Below are positions 59,705 to 64,000 of a stretch of DNA of 64,000 nt, piece by piece (the first letter of the stretch is position 1; each line of letters starts with the position of its first letter). Under the pieces are notes generated by a model. That model searched no databases. It saw only the letters and a list, made by a program, of their open reading frames with translations, and had not been told where the DNA came from. The DNA comes from Minisyncoccota bacterium (lineage in GTDB: Bacteria; Patescibacteriota; Microgenomatia; UBA1400; UBA12028), in contig DNEP01000006.1 in NCBI GenBank assembly GCA_003487265.1, positions 3,276 through 67,275 on the forward strand, given 5' to 3'. Position numbers and translations under genes: made by a program.

Positions 59705-59776
59705 GCTCCCATAGGCTAATGGATAGACCATGAGTTTCCGAAACTTAAAATGAAGGTTCAATTCCTTCTGGGAGCA
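59705..59776 (+). tRNA. tRNA-Arg(CCG)
   Basis: GCTCCCA/TGGGAGC acceptor stem, TGAGT-TTCCGAA-ACTTA, GGTTCAATTCC. Confidence 0.9.
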
Positions 59777-59793
59777 CTTTTTGTTAAACGAAC

Positions 59794-60174
59794 TCAATCT
59801 TTAGGAAGCGTATCGAGATATTCTTGTAATAATAATGCTGCAGCAATGGCGTCGATTTTTTTATCTCCCCGTTTCATTTTTTTCATGCGATGTGCTTCAA
59901 CGGATGAAAGTGATTCGTCGACCTCGACCCATTTTACAGGATGCGTATATGAAAAAGATTGAAGCGTTGATAGAAACATACGCGCTTGTTCTGCAATGCG
60001 ACCGTCGGGAATTCCGATAAGCACAACATCCACTTTTCGTGTTTGAATGAGTGCTTGAATATTTTCGGTTGCGCGATCTGTTGGAAAGACTGCGAGCGGT
60101 TCTGCAAACGTTTCAATGTTCATCGCAGTCCCAACGCGAACGGTTCCATAATCAATGCAAAGATACTGTTTCAT
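59794..60174 (-). CDS. ruvX: Holliday junction resolvase-like protein RuvX/YqgF
   Basis: CIDYGTVRVGTA, VDESLSS, DAIAAALLLQEYL. Confidence 0.92.
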   Translation of the reverse strand: MKQYLCIDYGTVRVGTAMNIETFAEPLAVFPTDRATENIQALIQTRKVDVVLIGIPDGRIAEQARMFLSTLQSFSYTHPVKWVEVDESLSSVEAHRMKKMKRGDKKIDAIAAALLLQEYLDTLPKD

Positions 60175-60183
60175 GTCGCAATC

Positions 60184-61002
60184 TTACTCAAGATTTTCCA
60201 GTTGTGCAAATACAATTCCGCGTCGAAGGTACGTTCCGGGGGGCGTACAGGTGATCAACTTGAGTTCTTTTGTGTCGTGACGCTGAGAAAGAATGTAGGT
60301 ATCGTCTGGTTTTACCTCCATTTTATTCGTGACGCGGTAGGTGTAGGTGATGCCGTCGTAGGTCACGATGATTTTGTCATCCTTTTTTAACTGCATGATC
60401 TTGGTGAAAATGGAAATGTATCGGCGCGGATTTGATTCCGAAGGATTGTAAAAAAGTTGCGATACGGAGTGTCCAAAGATCACCGGCGACCCAAGCTCCC
60501 CCGGATTCGCGGTACCAGGGTACTGAATGAGCGATTTGTCGAGATTTAATCCACCAATATTCACCATTGCGTTGCTGATATTCAAGCTGGGGATACTAAT
60601 GGAATATTGTTCTGCTTTTTCTTCGTCAACCTGTGGAATTTCTTTCCATGGAAACCATTGCGAAAGATTAATGTACTCAAGTTCTTCCTCGATTACAATT
60701 GGTCCGGACTCGCGTTGCTGTGTTTCAACGGGTTTCGCGATGGTTGCAGGGGGAGCTGTTTGCGTTTGAACGGGAGCTGCGGAAAGATACACCTCTTCTT
60801 TTGCCGATGAGATCGGAGAAATGAACAACTGATATGACACAATCGGCCACACCACATTTGCGAGCAACATGCTTCCAATGGTGATTAAACTTGCGGGAAG
60901 GATCGCTTGCTTGTTAAACAAGGAAAACGCCCGAACTGGCTTTGTTGGCGCGGTTACGGGTGGTTGCGTTGGTGTTGCTTTTCGGTACACTTTGATGGGC
61001 AT
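60184..61002 (-). CDS. Sortase family protein
   Basis: TM; IFGHS, LITCTPPG..RR (His/Cys/Arg triad). Confidence 0.9.
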   Translation of the reverse strand: MPIKVYRKATPTQPPVTAPTKPVRAFSLFNKQAILPASLITIGSMLLANVVWPIVSYQLFISPISSAKEEVYLSAAPVQTQTAPPATIAKPVETQQRESGPIVIEEELEYINLSQWFPWKEIPQVDEEKAEQYSISIPSLNISNAMVNIGGLNLDKSLIQYPGTANPGELGSPVIFGHSVSQLFYNPSESNPRRYISIFTKIMQLKKDDKIIVTYDGITYTYRVTNKMEVKPDDTYILSQRHDTKELKLITCTPPGTYLRRGIVFAQLENLE

Positions 61003-61023
61003 AGGCAGTTTTTATTTCTCGTG

Positions 61024-63399
61024 TTATTTCTCGATGGTGATGGTGATTGCGCTTGCGTCCTTTGGCAGTCTTCCAAAAAGCGTTGGAAGAACTGCGGGAG
61101 ATCGTGTGAGCTTGTGAGATTCTATTTCTTTATACGTCGACAACAGCGTGCTGACTTGATCGGGCGTTCTTCCTTGAATTTGCGGAAGAAGGCGGTCGAT
61201 TGCGAACTGTGGTTGGATTTTTGCGCGAACCGCGAGTCGAAGCTCGGTGCCATCCTTGATTTGTTTTTGTGATTGATCCACGGCAAAAACTTCAACTGAA
61301 GTAAGATCAACCGATCCTTTTGCGATTTCCTCTGCAAACAACACTTGAATAATTTCAAGCATCGCATCCTGCGACAGCGTCGCGGATTTGCGCGCGATCG
61401 TCATGGACATTTCGAGTTGCGTCGTTTCATCTCCAAGATCGTGCGAGGTTGTTTTGTCTTTTACCTCGGCAAGATCAAGTGAAATTGTGTTTTGTTGTTG
61501 GGTAGTCGGTTTTTCGAGAAGCTCTTTTTTGAGTTGTGATTCAAGATTTGAAAGATCGGTTTTTGAAACAACTTGAATTTCACTACTTGAACCACCAGAA
61601 AACGCTTGCGCATTTGATGCGATAAACGAGATTTTGTCGAAGTTTGCAACCGTAAACTCGGTTCCCGATGCGACGTTGTAGTTTGGTCCAATCTTTGTTG
61701 CCACAACTTTTACTTCCGCTTTCCCCGGTTGAATCGAAAAATCTGAGCCTGAACTACTTGAGGCGATCTTCACATCCTCGGTTGTGGAAAATACAAGTCC
61801 ACCTGCTCCCGTGAGTTTTGTGTCTTTCGGGAACGTTTTTTCGCTCGAGGTGCGATTGTATAGCGTGACTGTTCCTGAGGAGCTTTCGCCAACTTTATCT
61901 TTTCCTGTGGTTTGCGCATCTTTTTTTCCATCCACAAGATCCTCAACAATTTGTATGGGAATTGAGGTTTCTCCAATCACGAGCGTCTGAGCTTTACTAT
62001 CAATAGTCGCATCAATCTCTTTCGAGATAGGTTCAAGTTTGAGTTTGATTGAAAGCGAAGCGCGCAGTGATGAATCAGCATAGACATATCCACCACCAAT
62101 CGCGAACAAAAGAAGTAACGGTAAGCCAACAAAAAGAAGCAGTTTTTTTACTGGAAGCCGTTTTGTTTGAAGTGCTTCGACGAGTCCTTCGTTTACATCA
62201 TCTGTGCGCATACGATTCACGTGCAGTTTTTGCGTTGTTTTTTGGAAGATGCGCTGTATGAATGCCGTCGAGTTCCTTTGTAAACCGCGGAGAGCGTGCT
62301 CTTTGCGAGGTTCGGGGACAGACTGAATATTCATATCTTCTTGCATGATGTCTTCTGAAAGTTCCTCGTCTGCTGGCATTTGTGTTTGTGTCGGCTGCCA
62401 AGGTGGAGGTAAGACCTCTGACTGCAGATTGTTCTGATTAGAAAAATCAGGAGTCATGAACGAACTATCCTGCTCGATTTCAACAGAATACTTTGGTTGA
62501 GGAGGCAGTGGAGGAAGGGGAAGCTCTTCTTGAGCAGGAGGAACGGGTTTTGGAAGTGGCTCATCTTGTTCATCGGTAGCCGTGAGAGATTCAGATGCGT
62601 TGTTTTGTGCAGTTTGCACGGGCTCTTCTTGAGAAGGATCCAAAATGCCAAGCGCACGTGCAACTTCTGAACCTCCCGCAACACAAACTGCGGAGATCAT
62701 CACGCGTGGCTCGAGCACCTCGACCTTCGGAATGTGCGCAAAAGGAAAGGACGATTTCCAATCATGCGCAAGAAACGTTTGTTTTTCTTCTTCAAGCTGT
62801 TCTTGTTTGAGTCGTTCTGCGCTCAATAATATTCGAGAAGGAAAGTGCGCTGTTTTCATACGCGCAAAACCTTCGGAAAGATCCGCGACTGCATCGCCAC
62901 TGCGACCAATAAACTCTTGTGCTTCGATTTTTCCTGCGGTCACGAGCGAGAGTTGTAGTTGCGATTCGCTGTAGCGCAAGAGAAAAGCGGTTACCGGCGC
63001 ACCCTCAATATCCTGTAAATAATGGGTAAGTGCTTCGTCAGTGACAACAAAACCAATTGGATTGAGTTGCAACTCATCTTTTAAGCTTTTGATTATTTTT
63101 TTCTTTTCATTTTCGATTCCCGATGCGGTAACCCAATCGGCGCGCAGACCCAGCATCACATCATCAACCTTGCTCGCTTCCGCTCCGAGCTCCTCGAGTG
63201 CAACGTCCGCAGCTTCAACGGCATCTTTTGCGTCTTCGCCTGACCACTGAATGGGGCTACTGTACTTCAAAATCTCGACGCCATCGAGCCCCGCCATCCA
63301 CAATCCGGCGGTTATTGCTTCAGATCCAATTTCGAGCGCGAGAAACGTTCGAACTTCGTCTTTTTTTTGTGTACGCGAAAAAATGGAAGGGAGATCCAT
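61024..63399 (-). CDS. FtsA/PilM-like N-terminal domain + Pro-rich linker + TM + baseplate-J-like extracellular domain
   Basis: FLALEIGSEAITAGLW; GTVTLYN, V.A..IGPNYNV, FSGGSS; TGcTTTAAT-N6-ATG. Confidence 0.6.
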   Translation of the reverse strand: MDLPSIFSRTQKKDEVRTFLALEIGSEAITAGLWMAGLDGVEILKYSSPIQWSGEDAKDAVEAADVALEELGAEASKVDDVMLGLRADWVTASGIENEKKKIIKSLKDELQLNPIGFVVTDEALTHYLQDIEGAPVTAFLLRYSESQLQLSLVTAGKIEAQEFIGRSGDAVADLSEGFARMKTAHFPSRILLSAERLKQEQLEEEKQTFLAHDWKSSFPFAHIPKVEVLEPRVMISAVCVAGGSEVARALGILDPSQEEPVQTAQNNASESLTATDEQDEPLPKPVPPAQEELPLPPLPPQPKYSVEIEQDSSFMTPDFSNQNNLQSEVLPPPWQPTQTQMPADEELSEDIMQEDMNIQSVPEPRKEHALRGLQRNSTAFIQRIFQKTTQKLHVNRMRTDDVNEGLVEALQTKRLPVKKLLLFVGLPLLLLFAIGGGYVYADSSLRASLSIKLKLEPISKEIDATIDSKAQTLVIGETSIPIQIVEDLVDGKKDAQTTGKDKVGESSSGTVTLYNRTSSEKTFPKDTKLTGAGGLVFSTTEDVKIASSSSGSDFSIQPGKAEVKVVATKIGPNYNVASGTEFTVANFDKISFIASNAQAFSGGSSSEIQVVSKTDLSNLESQLKKELLEKPTTQQQNTISLDLAEVKDKTTSHDLGDETTQLEMSMTIARKSATLSQDAMLEIIQVLFAEEIAKGSVDLTSVEVFAVDQSQKQIKDGTELRLAVRAKIQPQFAIDRLLPQIQGRTPDQVSTLLSTYKEIESHKLTRSPAVLPTLFGRLPKDASAITITIEK

Positions 63400-63446
63400 A
63401 GATCCATTAAAGCAGGAAAATGGGTGCGCGTCCAATTTACGCAATG

Positions 63447-63959
63447 TTATGCGCGACCTTCATCTAGCTCAATATCATACGGTTCTAGAATCACATCATT
63501 ATCATCAGCTATTTCAATTTCTGAAATGATGTCCAATAAGACTAAACGAATTTGTGACAGCTGATGCAGATAACATATTTGATTTTTTTGCTCCTGCGTC
63601 AATTGTTGCGAATCATATCCGAGCGAGACAGCCAAAGTATCGAACGATGGTTGTTGTTGCGTAATGCGCTTAGCCAGTTCTTGAATGACCCTTTTTGCAA
63701 TCTTTATCCAGGTTTTGCTTCGTAGATCAAGCGCGTTTTTTTGTTTATTGTTTTCTACTAAATCATAAATATACGTTTGATATCCTCTATATAGTCTATT
63801 TATTTTCCCAGGATTATCGATAATTTTATCAAAGGGAATAATTGATCCAAATACGGTCACAGTTGCTTCTCGTGTTTTTTTCTCAACTGGATCAACTTCA
63901 ATCCAAGAACCAATGTAACTAGGTTTATCTGTAGGAATACTGCCCGAGGGAAGCACCAT
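63447..63959 (-). CDS. Hypothetical protein
   Basis: 170-aa ORF, co-oriented with neighbours. Confidence 0.55.
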   Translation of the reverse strand: MVLPSGSIPTDKPSYIGSWIEVDPVEKKTREATVTVFGSIIPFDKIIDNPGKINRLYRGYQTYIYDLVENNKQKNALDLRSKTWIKIAKRVIQELAKRITQQQPSFDTLAVSLGYDSQQLTQEQKNQICYLHQLSQIRLVLLDIISEIEIADDNDVILEPYDIELDEGRA

Positions 63960-64000
63960 TTTTGTGTATGTTTGTACACCACTAAATTCTGCATAGTTTG

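Noticed and set aside
61024-63399. Prophage tail module
   Set aside because: A single membrane-anchored gene among housekeeping genes, with no other phage genes.
1-64000. CRISPR array, transposase, integrase or rRNA
   Set aside because: No regularly spaced repeats or recognisable mobile-element or rRNA signatures seen by eye.

Overview
Chromosomal origin region of a Patescibacteria (CPR) genome, most likely Microgenomates-like. This taxonomy is inferred from gene content (mevalonate genes, DUF4012, PrgI/VirB4 with a pilin array, sortase, baseplate-J-like membrane protein); the genetic code is standard code 11. The core block is jag-yidC-yidD-rnpA-rpmH / dnaA-oriC-dnaN, with DnaA boxes and DnaA-trio-like repeats. 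Directly after dnaN lies a ~24 kb non-canonical type IV secretion/pilus locus: VirB4, PrgI, an M23 peptidase, a VirB6-like protein, an SLT-like protein, seven tandem VirB2/TrbC-like pilins and PilO/PilN, with no relaxase or integrase in the window. A cobalamin-riboswitch-like RNA sits inside this locus, in front of a Cys-cluster orphan gene. Further right are an ECF sigma factor, idi-mvaD-uppS, SpoIID, ComF, four tRNAs and a tmRNA with a ~30-aa tag. An orphan membrane histidine kinase lies next to a class II terpene cyclase (DxDD) / DDxxD prenyltransferase-fold fusion and is overlapped by an SD-led 36-aa Trp-ending peptide ORF; together these are a candidate isoprenoid signal/receptor system. 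Many genes carry a TGnTAnnnT-N6-ATG leaderless-type promoter. All calls come from reading motifs by eye; no searches were run.
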